The notes: generated by a model from the sequence alone, not told the origin. Counted from the first letter of the whole stretch, positions 1-13,928 are shown. The stretch: 63,989 nucleotides of DNA, filler included, from Rhabdomonas costata (GCA_019059605.1; 20 parts of 20 records of this genome joined end to end with filler, not necessarily neighbours in it); one strand, 5' to 3'. A program made the numbers and translations.

Positions 1-490
1 GTGGTTTTTGCCATGCACTTTTGTGATGTTTGGCGCATCGTGAGTGGTGTGGCTGTTGAGAAAGCCCCGTGCTTGGGCCTAACAATTGTTGTCCCCCCTC
101 CAAGTTGTGAATTCTGGAGAGGTACCTTTTTTTGCTTCATCTTTGCTGTGTGCTTGTCTTTCTGTCTTGTTTGGCATGGCATGGCATATCAAACAAAGGC
201 TGTTTTTAGCGAAGCTCCTGCGGTGGGCGTCACTCTTCAAGGGATCATTAGACTGCCGTGAGGTCCGCTGTTTTTCTGTCGAGGCAGCAACGCAAGTGAT
301 GGTTTGTCGCTGAAGTCACTTACTATTCTTTCCCAGCGAGAGAGAGACTGAGAGACGGATAGAGCATCGGGGAAAGTTGTCTCCATTTATTCACGAACTG
401 CAGTCCATCGCACCAGGGACTATGCTGCCCAAGCCAGCCAGGTGAGGGAGTGGGGCACTTGCATTGTACCCCACGCACGCACGCTCAAAA

Positions 491-2122
491 TCACACGGAC
501 CGGGGAGGTTCGTGGGAAATGGAAGCAACTACTGTGTCAGCAACAGTGACAAAGCGCGGAGCCTGTCGAGCTAACAGCAGTCGCTGAACCGGACATTTGC
601 GGGCGGTGGAGGTTTTTCGGACAAACAGTGCAAATGCGCAGAATGTTAACCGCAGGCCCCGCAAGAACCATTCGACTTCGGGCAACACAGCGACAAGTTG
701 TGGACAGAGGAGGAATGGGCATGCGACACGCTTCTGGTCAACGACAATATGGTAGAAATGAGAGTTCAGGTAGCAAGAGTGGCAACTTTGAGCACCACAC
801 CCCCGGACTTTCCACCACGGCCGCTCCTCCCTGGCGCGACTGAAGGACCCCCGCGCGGACTGCCAGAAGGTCTTGAAAACGATGCTGGAAGCCCGGCAGG
901 AGGTTGTGCACAAGCACAAAGCGAAGGCCGAGGATGCAGGGCGGCAGAAGTCAGAGGCCCTTGTGAGGCGAGTGCGGGAGATCCCCGAGCTCCGGCAGCT
1001 CACCGGGAAACCTGTGCGGGGCAAGTAAGGAGGTTCTGAAGGAGCTGGAGAAGCCCCGGCGCAGCCAAGCCCTGACCCGTGGCAAGATGCATATGGTGCT
1101 GATGTAGGACCCCCGCATTTTATCAAGGAAATTGGCCAGTGTCTCTCGCACGCCTTTGCAGTAGACACGTGCCCTTTGTGGTACTGCAGCAGTTGATTCA
1201 GCCTGCCCCAGTTGATAATGAACCACTCCAAGAGGTCACACTGCGAGTTCCAGCCAGTGTCAGAGGGCAGCGTCTTCATTTGCCCATTTTTTGACCCATT
1301 GGGTCCCTCGGAAGTATTTTCCGACCACCAGACCCCTTTCGATGACAGAAGGCGCAGAAACATCCTGACCACACAGATTTCACAGATGACCGCTGCACCC
1401 GTAAGCATCGACGAGCCTGTGGGAAGCTCCAGCAATTCTCGACGAAGCCCTGCCATGCGAGCAGCATTGTCGACAACGATGGTGCTCAGCCGGCAGCTGT
1501 ACGCATCCTCCACTCCCTTCATTTTTTGCTCGACGACTGGAACAAGCTTTTCAATAGTGTGCTCTTCGTCCGTGTCAAAAGGATCCAAAAAGCAGTACTG
1601 GCCTCCTGACGCAACGCTGATTCCAAGAGTGGGGTCCGACTGTACGTTTGAGCAGACGTCGATCATGAAAGTGCACATTTTGCCAGGCGACGAGCCCATC
1701 CAGACATCGGTTTTTTTCGCTGGAGGAATCTGGCTCTCCGACTGGGACAGTGTCACAGTGCCAGCCGAGTGTGAAGCAATGAAGCTCGCAGGAGTCGCGA
1801 ACGCGTCTGCAGGTTTGATCTCGAAAGGCTCACATTTTTGCAGGAGGTGCTTTCACATTTCACATTTCCTCCAGTGCCCCATCTGCTCGAGCTTACAGTA
1901 CTCACAAATAGCTTTCCAGCCTTTTTTCGTTGGACACACGTTCAAATTGGTCTCGCAACTTGTTTTGCTTCCGCCCAACTCTTGACATTAAAGGGCGAAA
2001 AAAAAACTATGGTGCCAAGCTGAAAGTCAAACAAAAAACAGCTTTTTCCGTCCGTGACTAGTTGATCATAACCATGGTTATACCGTTGATTATAACCAAC
2101 CAGGTTTTTTGTTACAGCCCTG
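491..2122 (-). mobile_element. Degenerate hAT-superfamily DNA transposon (BED finger plus transposase, frameshifted)
   Basis: Minus strand ~1960-1830 translates KAICEYCKLEQMGHWRKCEM*KHLLQKC (BED-type zinc finger). ORF 1756-491 carries hAT/DUF659-like motifs FMIDVCSNV, HTIEKL, IVVDNAARM and LPSDTGWNSQ. A candidate terminus CAGGGCTGTAAC at 2122 is followed by GGTT/AACC subterminal repeats. The other end was not found. Confidence 0.75.
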
Positions 2123-3111
2123 CCTTCTGGAAGGAAAAGAATCTCGCCCATGCGTAAACTTTTTCGAGTGAAATTAATTTCGAAGAAACACAATAGCGGT
2201 AATTTTCGGGGGGGGGGGTGCAATTTTTCTTAAGTGCTGAGGGCTACTGTACGTTATCCCCCACCCCACCTCGCTATCACATTTTTAAATTTCCGATAAC
2301 AAATGCTACGACACATAAAAAACAAACACTGCTTTCTGCTCATCTCCCATGTTTCATGCCTGTTTTGCTTCCTTCGAAGGAAATTCCTCCAAAGGTTGGT
2401 TTTGCAAGTTTGTGAATTTAGCGAATTGGTTTCGTTTTACTTGTGGGTCCCTTTCATCGCGTTCTTTTTCGTTTTTCGTTATGGCTGATAATGTCATTAT
2501 CGACGGTAGCCAAAATTTGGGTTCAACTCAGTAGTCCAAACTCTTTAACGGGGATAACAGAAACAACGCTCCACCACTGGAAGAATCCAGGGTGCTTTCC
2601 TGCCTTCTCCGGGCGGTAGGGTAAATACTGCAGCTCTGGCCAACCTGTACCGAGCATTGTCCCTGTCCCAAACCATTTCTTCCTGCCCTTTTGTTGTGGA
2701 AGTCCTCGACTTTCATTCGGCGGATACATGGCAGGCTGATGCATGAGACCCGCTGGTTTCCGCATCACAAACGCGCGCACAAAAGCAAAATTAAGGCTGG
2801 GTGGAAAGCAGCATGTGAACCAATATGTGAAACGGAACTTCGGTGCTGTCTTTTGTTTTTGTTCACGAATCTCGCACCAAACATCCACGCTCTATTACCG
2901 TGTGTGGGCGGGTGCTGTAACCGTTTTCTTACTCCCTGTGTGTGTGTGCTTGGGTCGCACAGGTGACAGCGGGATTGTGGCATCCATGTCTTCCCCAAAG
3001 CCGGTTTTTCCAGTTCACGAATAAAATCCATCTTAATCACTGTTCACAGTTCCCTGTCTTGTTTCCTCCTTTTCCCTTTTGCTTTTGCCCGCCCCCCGTG
3101 TGCTCCAGCAC

Positions 3112-3211
3112 NNNNNNNNNNNNNNNNNNNNNNNNNNNNNNNNNNNNNNNNNNNNTTAATTAATTAANNNNNNNNNNNNNNNNNNNNNNNNNNNNNNNNN
3201 NNNNNNNNNNN
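3112..3211. other. Artificial 100-bp contig spacer N44-TTAATTAATTAA-N44 (first of 19; the others start at 6322, 9532, 12741, 15950, 19158, 22367, 25575, 28782, 31988, 35194, 38416, 41622, 44827, 48031, 51239, 54444, 57649, 60854)
   Basis: Identical linker with stops in all six frames recurs every ~3.2 kb. Contig lengths are nearly constant (~3104-3122 bp). Confidence 0.99.
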
Positions 3212-6200
3212 GTGTTGGTTGGCTGGCATCGCGCATTCTGCAAGCGACGCGGCGTTGGGGGCGTTTTCGCCGAAGTTAAGGTTAAGGTTAAACCCGGGAC
3301 CAGGGGAAATGAACGAGAAGGATGGCAATAATACGGGTCCCAACCACAAACGCGGGGAAACGTCGAGGGAAAGGAATTATCAAAGGAATATTGTTTTCGC
3401 GTAATAAATGTCCTTGGAATGAGGGCAAAATGGACGGAGAAATTATTCCACCGAGATCCTACCGAGCACAACCGGGATTGAGGGCAAGCTAGGCAGGAGG
3501 AAGAAGGAACATCGCAGGTAGGGGCAAGGCAAAAGACGTGCTCATCCCATGGGAAAGCGTATCAGGCAAATTCCAATTAAGTTGTTGACGGTTGGTATTA
3601 GGCACGGCTTTGCGCCATGCTTTCACCGGTTGCCAGAATATCGTCAGATCTGGGCCTTTCCAGTCAACCCGATGGTGTACAACGGCTCGTGCTTTAAGCC
3701 ATCTCTCTGTCCCCCAAATCCAAAACAGAAACGGCTACAAGAACAACAGCCCAAGGTATCCTAAACAAAGCTACGCAGCCCGAGTCCTCGAGTCCTCCAC
3801 CGTTACGTGCACAGTCTTTCGAGGCGCGGAGAGACAGGAAGCGTTGGACAGCTTTCCGCCACACACAGCTTAGCCCGCTCTGGGGGCCGGGCAATGGCGC
3901 GCGGAGTGTCAGCCGTGCCGCGCATCACGGAAACCGTCGCGGTGCGGTGCATTCCCGCCGCCGCAGGAGTCTTGGGGAGGTCCCCTCTCTCATCTTCCGA
4001 GTCAGAGCTGCGCGGCAAAGAAAAGAGCTCGTCGCGGAAGCGAAGGAATGCAACAAGGACAGACAGACCACAACCATGTTGAGGTATGAGGCGGTACGCG
4101 TTACGGGAAAGAAATTAGCTGCATTTTGGCGCAGTAGCAGGAGCGATGAGATCGCATTGAGATCTGTAGAGGAGGGAAAAAGACATCCACGATGTCAATT
4201 TGAAAGCAAAACAACACTGCACGCATCCGAAGATGAAAAAGACATGTGCGAACAACAATCATTTAATGCCCGTAACGAAACCAGGTACGAATGTAGTGTT
4301 GGGGGGTACAATGTATAGGGATGTCTCTCTGTGTGTTCGTGTGTCCGTGTGTGCCAATTTTAAGTGGAGCTTTTTTTGCGCGAAGTAGTCGAAGCCTCGG
4401 GGGGAGGTGTTTGTCCTACCCCAGGTTAGTTGTGGGAGGCTTTTTAATGGAGGTGGTCCGGACCGCCAACTCTAAGGCTACATGGTAACACTGGTGGCAC
4501 TGGTGACACGGTTTCCGTCGGCTTAGCGAATATAAAAACCTCTAAAAATCGTGTTTCTTTGGGTATAAAACGAAGTAGAATCCGAGCCCAGCTCGGAAAA
4601 AGTAACCAACCCCCCCATTTTTGGAGGAACACGAAAAACACGTTTGGGAGCTTCGATTTGACTACTTAGGCCCTCAAACAGATGACTTTTGACCAAAAAT
4701 TGCCCTTTTTGGCCTACCTCGGTGGTACTTGTAAGGGTGTGTGGGGTGAAAAAATCGACCCCCCCACCGAAAATCGACCCAACTTCGGGGATGCCGAAAA
4801 ACGCGATTTCACGCGGACTGAGGCTGTGGCGAGAGATTTTCATACATAGTCAAAATGACCGAATTCCGACCCCTTCGGCAAGGTGAAAACGGTTGTCACC
4901 TTGAAACTGACTGCTGTAACCACTATGTTTGACATGGCGCTGCGTTTTCCCCTCGCTTAGTGCAAGTAAGGGCGCTGCGCGGTAAGGGGTCCCGTAACGA
5001 AACGAAAGGCAATCCTGTGGTGTACACTTACTCCCCCCCAGTTTGCGGGCTTTTCTGGGGTTATAATCTCGGAATCGTTGAAATACCTCCCACTATGCTT
5101 TGTTTAGCATTTCCCTGGTCATGGCTGTTCATTACATGTTATCTTTGGACGCTCGTCACAGCTGGAAGGACCCAAAGGCAACAATGCAAATGCGTTGTGC
5201 TGGACTCCACGGATCAGTACCCTGGGATTCCTCGATGTAAGCATTTGGGTGGAACTAGAAGCGTCGGGTTGGATCATCTTTCGTTTGATTGTGGTTTTCA
5301 GTTCAGCTGGTGGCGCATTCAAGGGTATCCAGTGCTTTCGGTGGATAGTGTGTGGACGCGGGGTAAACGTTGTGCACAAGTGTCCGAAGTACACACCTTT
5401 CGAGACACAGCCATAGCATCGAGTCAAGATGACCCGACGAAGAACCTAAGCCGCCAACACTCATTTTCCGAAGCGCTTTCGACGCTGGAGTGCCTGCACA
5501 GGGGAAGGACACCCTTTCACTCCAAACACCAGCAAAAGGGTGGGTTGCAGTATGAGACGAAATATGGAAAAGAGAAACACGGAGAGAAAACGGGCAACAT
5601 CTTTCAGAAGGCTCGGGAATTCTCCGAAAATGATACCCTTTCACACAGGAAAGGTTAGTGAAAAACCCAAAACCACTTGCAGTATCTTCATGGCACTTCT
5701 TATAAACCGCCAAAGAGGTCACCGTTTTTTTACTTTTCCATTTCTTAAATGCTCAACTGAGAGGAACAGGCCGTGTTTCGCAAAAGGACAGAGAGAAAAG
5801 TTATACCTTTCCGGATTTTCAACAAGTGCGCTAATAGTTACATGGATCAAGTTATAATCCATTCGAGTTCCCAGGAAGGGCGGCCCTTTCAGCCATCACG
5901 TGGACCTCTAAGTGCCCTCGTGTAAATGGCATAAACGGGGATGCCGAGGTTTCGTCAGGTAAATGACAACGCTCTCCTTTGTGATGCACCCCCTAGCTCA
6001 CCTGGGAGGATGGATGCGGTGCTGGAAGAGGTGGGTTCGGCGAGCTTCCGGAATCGAGCAGCGAAGCGCCGCAGCTCCACGGCCTCCTCTCTTAGCGCAC
6101 TACGCACCTGAAAGAGCACCCCACGTACTCATAGACGCTAAACACGAGTGCCACCAGTACTCGAACAACAGGAGCGGGGAACGTTGTAACAGAAAATGCA

Positions 6201-6959
6201 GCGCGTCATGAAAGAGAAATGTTGTTTGATAGAAAGAGAAATCATGTTTGATGGGAAGCCCCGCACAAGTGTCGTGCAAAGCATGTCCTGCAAAGACAAC
6301 TAGTGAGGAGTAACACACCCCNNNNNNNNNNNNNNNNNNNNNNNNNNNNNNNNNNNNNNNNNNNNTTAATTAATTAANNNNNNNNNNNNNNNNNNNNNNN
6401 NNNNNNNNNNNNNNNNNNNNNTGTCGTCACTGGCACACACATTACCACGCTCTCACTCCTTCGCTTTGCGCCATATACTGATAAGCGGTAAACCAATGAA
6501 TACGCATCACATTGTGCCCCTAAGGGAAGTTTTTTTTTCACTGTTGGCGGGTCTTTTCGACTTCTTTCGGGCTTTCAATGGTTTCGTTGTAATCTTCATA
6601 TCTTCATGCGCTTAACGCCAGCTCCTCGGAGCTATACCTTCTCGGCCCTTGCATACAGCATAATAATCGGTGCTTCTAACTCCGCGTGTCTGGGAGTTTT
6701 TGGACGTTGGCTAGTCAGCTATGGAAACGCAACGGCCACCAAGCCCACTCGCGCAACCGATATATTTGTGCACCTTAATCAATGGATGGGGAGGGGGGGC
6801 TTTAGCTGGCACCCACCGAAGGGTAATTTAATAAATCTCTCCCTTTTATATGTGTTATGTGAAGCCATAATATATGTGAACTGCTTTCTTGGTTTCACGA
6901 ATTGACAGTTTGTTCAAGGTGCTGTTCAGCTGCTCAGGTGTTTTCGAATTTTCGAAGAA

Positions 6960-7757
6960 TCGCTGGTCAGCGCTGGCGAGGAACACGCCATGGCGCTGAC
7001 AAGGGAAGGCCTGGTTACCTGGGGCTATGGTGGCCGTGGGGAACTGGGTCATGGCCAGCGAAACAGCCTGGTACAACCCAAAGTGGTTTCCGCTCTGCAA
7101 GGCAAACAAACCCTCAAATCAGTGCCGGCGGGTTTTTGAATTTTTATAGCGATCGCTATAAAGTTTTTTTAAGGTAAAAATAAAGAGGAGGGGCCTGCTG
7201 ACAAACCAAGCCCATAAAAGTTTAGAAGATTTTATATCACCGTTATAAAAAAAATTTGCATTTTTGAAATTTTTGAAAGCGTTGCTATAAAAAGTTGGCC
7301 CTTTTAGCAAAACTTAACCGGATCAGCGTGTGCCGAAGCCTGTGCAGGGCCTGCAGGGGAAGATCATCTGGATTGTCGCTGGATGTATTCACAGCACAGC
7401 CTTGCGCTGACCACGGAGCGGCTCAACACGTCATGGAGACTCCGAGGATTAGGTTTGCCCATGAAAGTCGAGGCTTTGCAAGGCAAAGATATTATTATGG
7501 GGTGTAGCGTGGGATTTCACTCCATGGCTCTGACGAAAGAAGGGGTTACTTGGGGAAAGGGCGAAGCCGGGCGCCTGGGTCACGGAGATACGCTGCACCA
7601 GTACCGGCCCAAGCTCATTGTCGCATTGCAGTGCAAGCAAATGCGCGCGCTTGTCGCTGGCGTATACCACTCCATGACAACTCACGGGTTGTACTCGTGG
7701 GGAAAGGGGGAGTATGGATGCTTGGTCGCGGAAACGCCACAGATCAGGTTGTCCTGA
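6960..7757 (+). pseudogene. RCC1-repeat protein pseudogene (about 4 decayed repeats)
   Basis: VSAGEEHAMALTREGLVTWGYGGRGELGHGQRNSLVQPKVVSALQG; GFHSMALTKEGVTWGKGEAGRLGHGDTLHQYRPKLI; AGVYHSM..LYSWGKGEYG. Contains frameshifts, deletions and an AT-rich insertion. Confidence 0.8.
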
Positions 7758-10700
7758 AGCTCGTCGCATCTTTTTGTGTGCTCTTCCTCTCACTGTGCCG
7801 GCAAAAGACTCCGGAAAGATCGTAGAGGTGCTTCAGAAGCAACTGGTCGCGCTAATGGCCTAGAAGGGGGCATGCACAGGGGGGTGTTAGACGGGCGTGC
7901 TGGACCCCGAAGGTCGCACCGTTCTTGCGAAGCGGTGCAGGCAGGTGAACTACCTCAGCGGGCTCAGCTTCGTGCTAAGGAGAGGAGGAGTTTCTGTTTG
8001 CGCCGTACTCTGTGTTTACTGTAGAGTCTGTGCTGTGGGTGACACAGCCCACTGCTTCGAGCCCTCACGTGAGGGCGGCGGTGGACAACGTGATGGAACT
8101 GGAGAACTTGCCGTTGGCGCCGTAGTGCTGAAGTTGCCTCCCCCTCCTTCTGGACATCAATGATATTTTGAGGTGTGGGTGAGACAATTGTGTGTGTGTG
8201 AGTGTGTGTTCTTTTTGTATTTTCCATTCCCGCCTGACTTCCCTCCATTTTCACTTTTAGGGGTCCTTGTCTTCCTCTTGTCTTGGCTGCCTTCTTCTGC
8301 TCTTCTTTCTCTTGCACAGTGTGAGTGTTGTGTAGGTTGGTTGGTTATTGTTGCGTGGGCATTGGTTTGTGTTTATTGATGTGGTTTTGTCGTGGAACTC
8401 GAGCCTCGCCTGGACCCTGGCTAGACTTTCCCTGTGCACAAACATTGTTGTTGGACATTTCTTCTTCCCACTTTGGCCGTTGCACTCCATGGACTTTGTT
8501 CTCTATTTTTGTCGTTCTGTTGTCATCGCTCTCTTCTCATTCTCTTCTCTGCGTCTGTGCTCCAGCCCCCTGTCTCTTTTTCGTGAAAGTCTCCATCAGG
8601 TGTCTCCCATCCCTGTGAAGGCTCTTTTTGATGATGCTCTGTTATGGGATGCGATCAGAGAGCGTAACCCAGTCTGTGAGTTGTGTTTTTGGGCTTCCTT
8701 CATTCGTTCGCTCTTTCCCTCCTTTTCTTCTCTGACTTCATTTTTCTTTGCAGCTGATTCTCCCTCCCCACTGTTTCTGCTGATGTGGACACACTCCTGA
8801 TTGTTGCATCCGTTCGCTTCCCAGAGAAAGGGACTCAGTGAGCTTAGGTCACGTGCCCCCCCCCCTATCTGACATTACGTTACATACCTATCTGACATTG
8901 TGGGCACACTCGCACGCACGCGTCTTTCGCTGCGAACCAAGGGCGTGTAAAAATTACGATGTTCCGGAATGTCCACAAATTTAGTCGGGATGTTTAGGCA
9001 CTCCGGGCAATTCAGAATACACTGTAATATCGGTATAAATGTCAGTCAGGTTTTAATGGGGAAAAAAGGAGGAAAAGAGAGGTCATACGGCTGCGCTGAC
9101 GTGCACCACTCCGCACGTAAACATTAGGGAAAAAGGCTTTTAAAAACGGGCAGTCTCCTCCCCTCGCTCCTCGCTTCAGTTTTCACTTACGCCGTGGTGA
9201 CGTCTTTTTTTGTCTTTTGTTGGTTTGTGGGCTCCGAGTCACCCCGAAATGTGCTTCCCGAAAGAGTGCCAGAGGTACTATGAAACACCCCCTCCCCCAA
9301 CACGAACTCTCTCTCTTCCTCTCTTCTCCCTTTCTTTTGGAAACAAAAGCTAATGAAATGAATGTGCATGCCATGACATTTCGTAGTGCAACGAGTTCCA
9401 GAAGATACAAGGGTTGCTTTTTGAACGCGCTGGAATGGGATGGGAAACAACAGGCTTGTTTAATACAATTTAGGGTAGGGTTGTTTTAAACAAGCCTGTT
9501 GTTTCCCATCCCATTCCAGCGCGTTCAAAAANNNNNNNNNNNNNNNNNNNNNNNNNNNNNNNNNNNNNNNNNNNNTTAATTAATTAANNNNNNNNNNNNN
9601 NNNNNNNNNNNNNNNNNNNNNNNNNNNNNNNGGTGCTTTGGTGCTTGGCGGGTGTGTTGGTTGTGCTTCTGTCGTTCACAGATTTATTTTACGGAGGGCC
9701 ACTTGCTTTGGGCGGGAACTGGTGAGCATCCATCCAAGCAAAAAGCAAACATCGAGGAAGAAGGACCGGTCTGGTCTTTTTTCTTTGTGTGTGTGTCTGT
9801 GTGCGTGACAAATGGCATAACGCGGTAATACCGTCATCAAGAGATCCACCCTCGACATGGACGGAGGGGTGGATGAGACCGGGGCGTTGACTAGGGGTAG
9901 ACTTAGGTTCTACGTGGCACGTCAAAGCCCGGACCCTTGGTTTGTCTTTCAACGGCATTATATCGTATTGGGAGGTCTAACCTCCCCTCCCCCCTCTCCC
10001 ACCGATAGACTTGAGAAAAAGAAGAGAGCAAATTCGTGTCGACAGCAAAACGCGAACTCTCGGAAGTCATGGCAGCCAGCGCACATAGAAAGAGTTAACC
10101 ACCCTTCCCCCTTGCATCCTAACCTGGCTCGACGTCTGAGGGGAGGACAGCTCCTGTCCCCGCCAGGCGGGACGGCAACATGGCAACGCGCAGCAGGCCC
10201 TCCAATTCAGCCGGCTCCACCATGGCACAGGGGCAATCTCCACCCGCCGCGGTCTTCTCCGAGCCTCCTTCGCAACACCGGCCCCCCGCCAGTAAGGCAC
10301 TCATCAACAAGGATACAAACGTTCCCATGAAGCCATAATACCACAGCTCCATATAGAGAATTCTCCGCCATACTCGGAACAAGGTCCGGGGAAGGGGAGT
10401 GCGGACATAAAGATCCGAAATACAGGATTCCTCACTCACTCACTCACTCAACGCTCGGCTTTGGTGTCGCCGGATCACCCCCACAACAGCATAGTAGTAT
10501 TTCTGAAACCGCCTTCTGGACTCATACACCAGTCCACTCAATAGATGCACTGAGTAAACAGAGCAGCCAGGGTGTGTGGTTAACGGTTACAACCTGCAAC
10601 CGCTATCACCGGTTGCAGAATCACGACCCCTTCCTGTTAATTTAAATTCAGCATAAATGTGCACGCAACTGTGCCAAAGACTCTTGTGATGGGTATTTTG

Positions 10701-11859
10701 GTCAGCATTTTATACGTAGGACTGATTTAGGACGAGACTCTTTGCAGGAATTTGGTCATACGAGAGGGATATACTGAACTTTGGGGCGGAGGCCAGAGCG
10801 GGGCGGGAATGTAACATAGGGGACTTAAGGACCTCCTTCTAAAATCACGGAAGTAAAAACCATGATTACCAGAGTACATCATAGACAGACCCGAGGGGCG
10901 AGGGAACTGGCGACGCCTTCAGTGCCGCTCGAGCCCCGTGGGAGCTCCTGCAGAACCTGGGCCACTTCGAGGACCTCGGACAGGGACACGGCACGCGGGG
11001 GGACCTCCCCGCCACCACTGCTGCTGCCGCTGCCGTGCCGTCGCTGCACCCGCTGCAGGGCTTCGTAGACCTCGCAGTCTGTCGAGGCGAAGGTCTGCCC
11101 AGAGGAGCTGTGAAGGACATTGATATTTCATTGAGCTTATCAGATGAGCAATCATCTTAACGCACAGAAATGGAACTTTGAATCAGAAATAGTATTAGGC
11201 AAATAAAGCGTTGATTGTATAGTGCGCGTAAATTAATCCCGATAGGATGGGATATGAGGGAATTATTTTGGGCTTGGCATTCATTGTATGCCTGAGACAT
11301 GGGTCGTCCACAGGCTTGCCCCCAAAAGCCACAGACTAGCTGCCGTACGCGGTGTATTCGAAAGGTGGGAGACGAGATGGGAAGGAGAACAGCGTGAAAG
11401 CGCTAATCCTTTGGAAAGAGACCGGCATCTCGCCCAAGTCTGGGAAGCGGCGACGTAGAGAAGAACATGAGAAGTAGAGCAGCCTCAATTTCTTATTCCG
11501 GAGCCCCCGCCATTGAAACCGCTTAAAGACACATAGGACATTTGATGAAAGGCAGTCTTATAGGGATGAAAGAAAAGGAAATGTCGAAGAGCGGGATTCT
11601 CGGGACATTGGGGGGAGGGGGGGATAACGTTTTGCACTGAGAACGCCTTTTGGATTTTGGATCCTCTTCCCACAAAACCCACAGAATGCGTTGGCACAGC
11701 TCACAATGACAGGCTACACCTTCCTTATCACCGGAGTATTTTTACTCTCTTATTCGGATGCGCCCTTCCCATTTCATCCTCTGCCCCAAATGACAGTTCA
11801 ATATACTACCATTGCCACACTCACAGAGGCAGCACAAGGGTAGATTTTGGACCACACAC

Positions 11860-12117
11860 CCCTCTGGCTCGGACATGTGCCGAGGCTTGCATGCCGTCAC
11901 GTGAAAGGGAGGCAAATAAAACCGTTTCCCTAAGCGGGTCCAAAAATGGGGACCAGAAGAAAATCTTCGCGAGAAGGGGGACATGCCGGAAAAGCTCCGC
12001 CAGCAGCTCTACGGGGAGAGTTCCAATCGGCGCCTTCGCGCGGAATGCGGCGTCCAGCTCAGGCGTCAGAAGGCTAACTTCAGTGCTTGTGGGAACAGAG
12101 GGGAGGGTAATGTCCAT
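11860..12117 (-). CDS. Putative first exon of an F-box-like protein (a further exon may lie at ~11109-10870)
   Basis: MDITLPS...APIGTLPVELLAELFRHVP resembles the F-box start (I..LP.E+L..IF). Ends at a candidate GGG|GTGTGT donor. A GC-rich block follows an acceptor TCACAG near 11110. Confidence 0.45.
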
Positions 12118-12840
12118 CGAGGCTTGGCTTTTTTCAGAAGAAAATACACACGAAAATAATGTTTCGTTTCGATGACGATTTCCAGGGATAGGCGAGGGGT
12201 CTTTGTCGGTGAGAGTAGGGAGGAGAGGGAAGGGAGCGGGCAGTTGTGCTCACCAGAGCCCGAGCGCGCAGAAACGTTGTTGCGTGATAACAACGGCTGA
12301 AGCAAGGAGAGGTCCCAAAATCAGAATAAAGGCAGCAGGCTGAATACAAGAAGGCATCTGAAGCCCCGCAGCATCGAAACGGAGGCATGTGTCAGGGCAG
12401 CGCACTTGCTGGGGAGGGCGCTTCCACCTTTCACCTGTTTAAAGTTTTCCCTGAAGGCACGCCTGAATGATTACCGTGGCCAATTATTCCCAAGCTGCAC
12501 CCCAACCAGTACAGGACCAAAAATTCTGGGAAAGTACATCGCACCCACAGCCAACTCATACACCCCCCGCGCTCTCGTCAGCTTTCGCCGAAGGCAGGTG
12601 TTCTTATGGGCCCACCGTCATCACCCATCACCCAAAGTGTAAGCGCAAAAATGACCTGCAAACCATTTCAACCCATTTAACCCCCCACCCCATCCACCGT
12701 CCCCGCCATCTGCGCCTCGGGTCCTAGTAAAGGAATAATGNNNNNNNNNNNNNNNNNNNNNNNNNNNNNNNNNNNNNNNNNNNNTTAATTAATTAANNNN
12801 NNNNNNNNNNNNNNNNNNNNNNNNNNNNNNNNNNNNNNNN

Positions 12841-13740
12841 GGCTTGAGTTCGTGGGTGCTGGGTTCGGATTTTGCGTTGGAGGTGCTGGGTATGTCTATG
12901 GGGTTGCTTCTCTTGGCCTTTTGGTGTCGGTATTCTGTGTGCTAGGTTCCGTTGTTATTATGCTCTCCATTGCTACGCGTGTAGCTTCTTCTATGCGTGT
13001 TACTCTTGGGCATGTGGTGTTGTCTCCAGGCTAGTCGTTTGGGTTGGGTGCGTGCATGTTCGCATGTTCGGATGCTTTGCTTTCCGTTTGTTATGTAGTT
13101 TGTGATCCTAGCTGGCAATCTCTCTGGGTGTCTGGGTACTTTGTGTGGTGTGGATGTTGCTGATGTTGTTGCTGACGGTTTTTTGTGGTTCTTGGGTGGT
13201 GTTGAGGAGATGTGTGTGGATACAGGTTCTTGTAGTGGTGCAGGTGTCGATGGTGCTGGAATGGATGCTGGAGTGGATGGGTGCTTGGTGTCCTCTTGTT
13301 CGCGTTGGGGTATGCTACATGGATGAGCAGGTAGGTAGGTTGGTGGTTGCGTTGCGTCTGTGCTTATTATGCTGGTGATGGTGGGCTGTGTGGTTGGGTG
13401 GTTGGTCGTGGTAGTCCTGATGTTGGTGGCGTTGCTTTTTATCGTGGGGTGCTTGTTGGTGTCGTTTTTGTTGTCATTGTTGATTTCGTTGTTGGTGTAG
13501 TTGTTGGTGTCTTTGGGTGGGTCCGTGGGCTGTGGTGTTGTGTGTGGTGGATTGATGGTTGGATGTGATTCTTGACGCCTTTGTTGGATGTCAGCGTGTA
13601 ACTCCTGACCTTGATTTTGGTGATGGAGCCATGCTTTTGGATTGTGGTGATGATGTTGGTGGTATTGAAGGGCTGATGATGTTGATGATGGTGTCTTTCT
13701 TGCTACTCCGCTTCGCTTTGTCCACTCTGCTTCGTCGATG
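12841..13740. repeat. G/T-skewed low-complexity region, read on the minus strand as a T/N/P/Q/H-rich ORF (13838-12942)
   Basis: Dense GTT/GGT/GAT triplets with strong strand skew. No recognisable domain. Confidence 0.6.
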
Positions 13741-13928
13741 CCTTGATGCGTCGAGATCACTCCGTCTATAACCCTTTCACTGCCTTCCTTACGCCCCGTA
13801 CGCACCGCATGCGTGATGTCCATTTTCACGTCATCCACCTTATATCACACGTCGTGTCAGCATGAAGGCCTACCGCGGCCGAACGCCTTGATGCTGACGT
13901 TGATTGAAGAGCGGCCTTTTTGCAGCAC

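Noticed and set aside
1212..1985. 257-aa plus-strand ORF
   Set aside because: Antisense shadow of the hAT transposase.
3274..3292. (GGTTAA)n, and (TAAGG)4 at ~50188-50207, as telomeres
   Set aside because: Only 3-4 internal units and not canonical TTAGGG arrays.
4960..5658. 232-aa ORF
   Set aside because: No recognisable motif or supported splice structure; possibly a decayed repeat.
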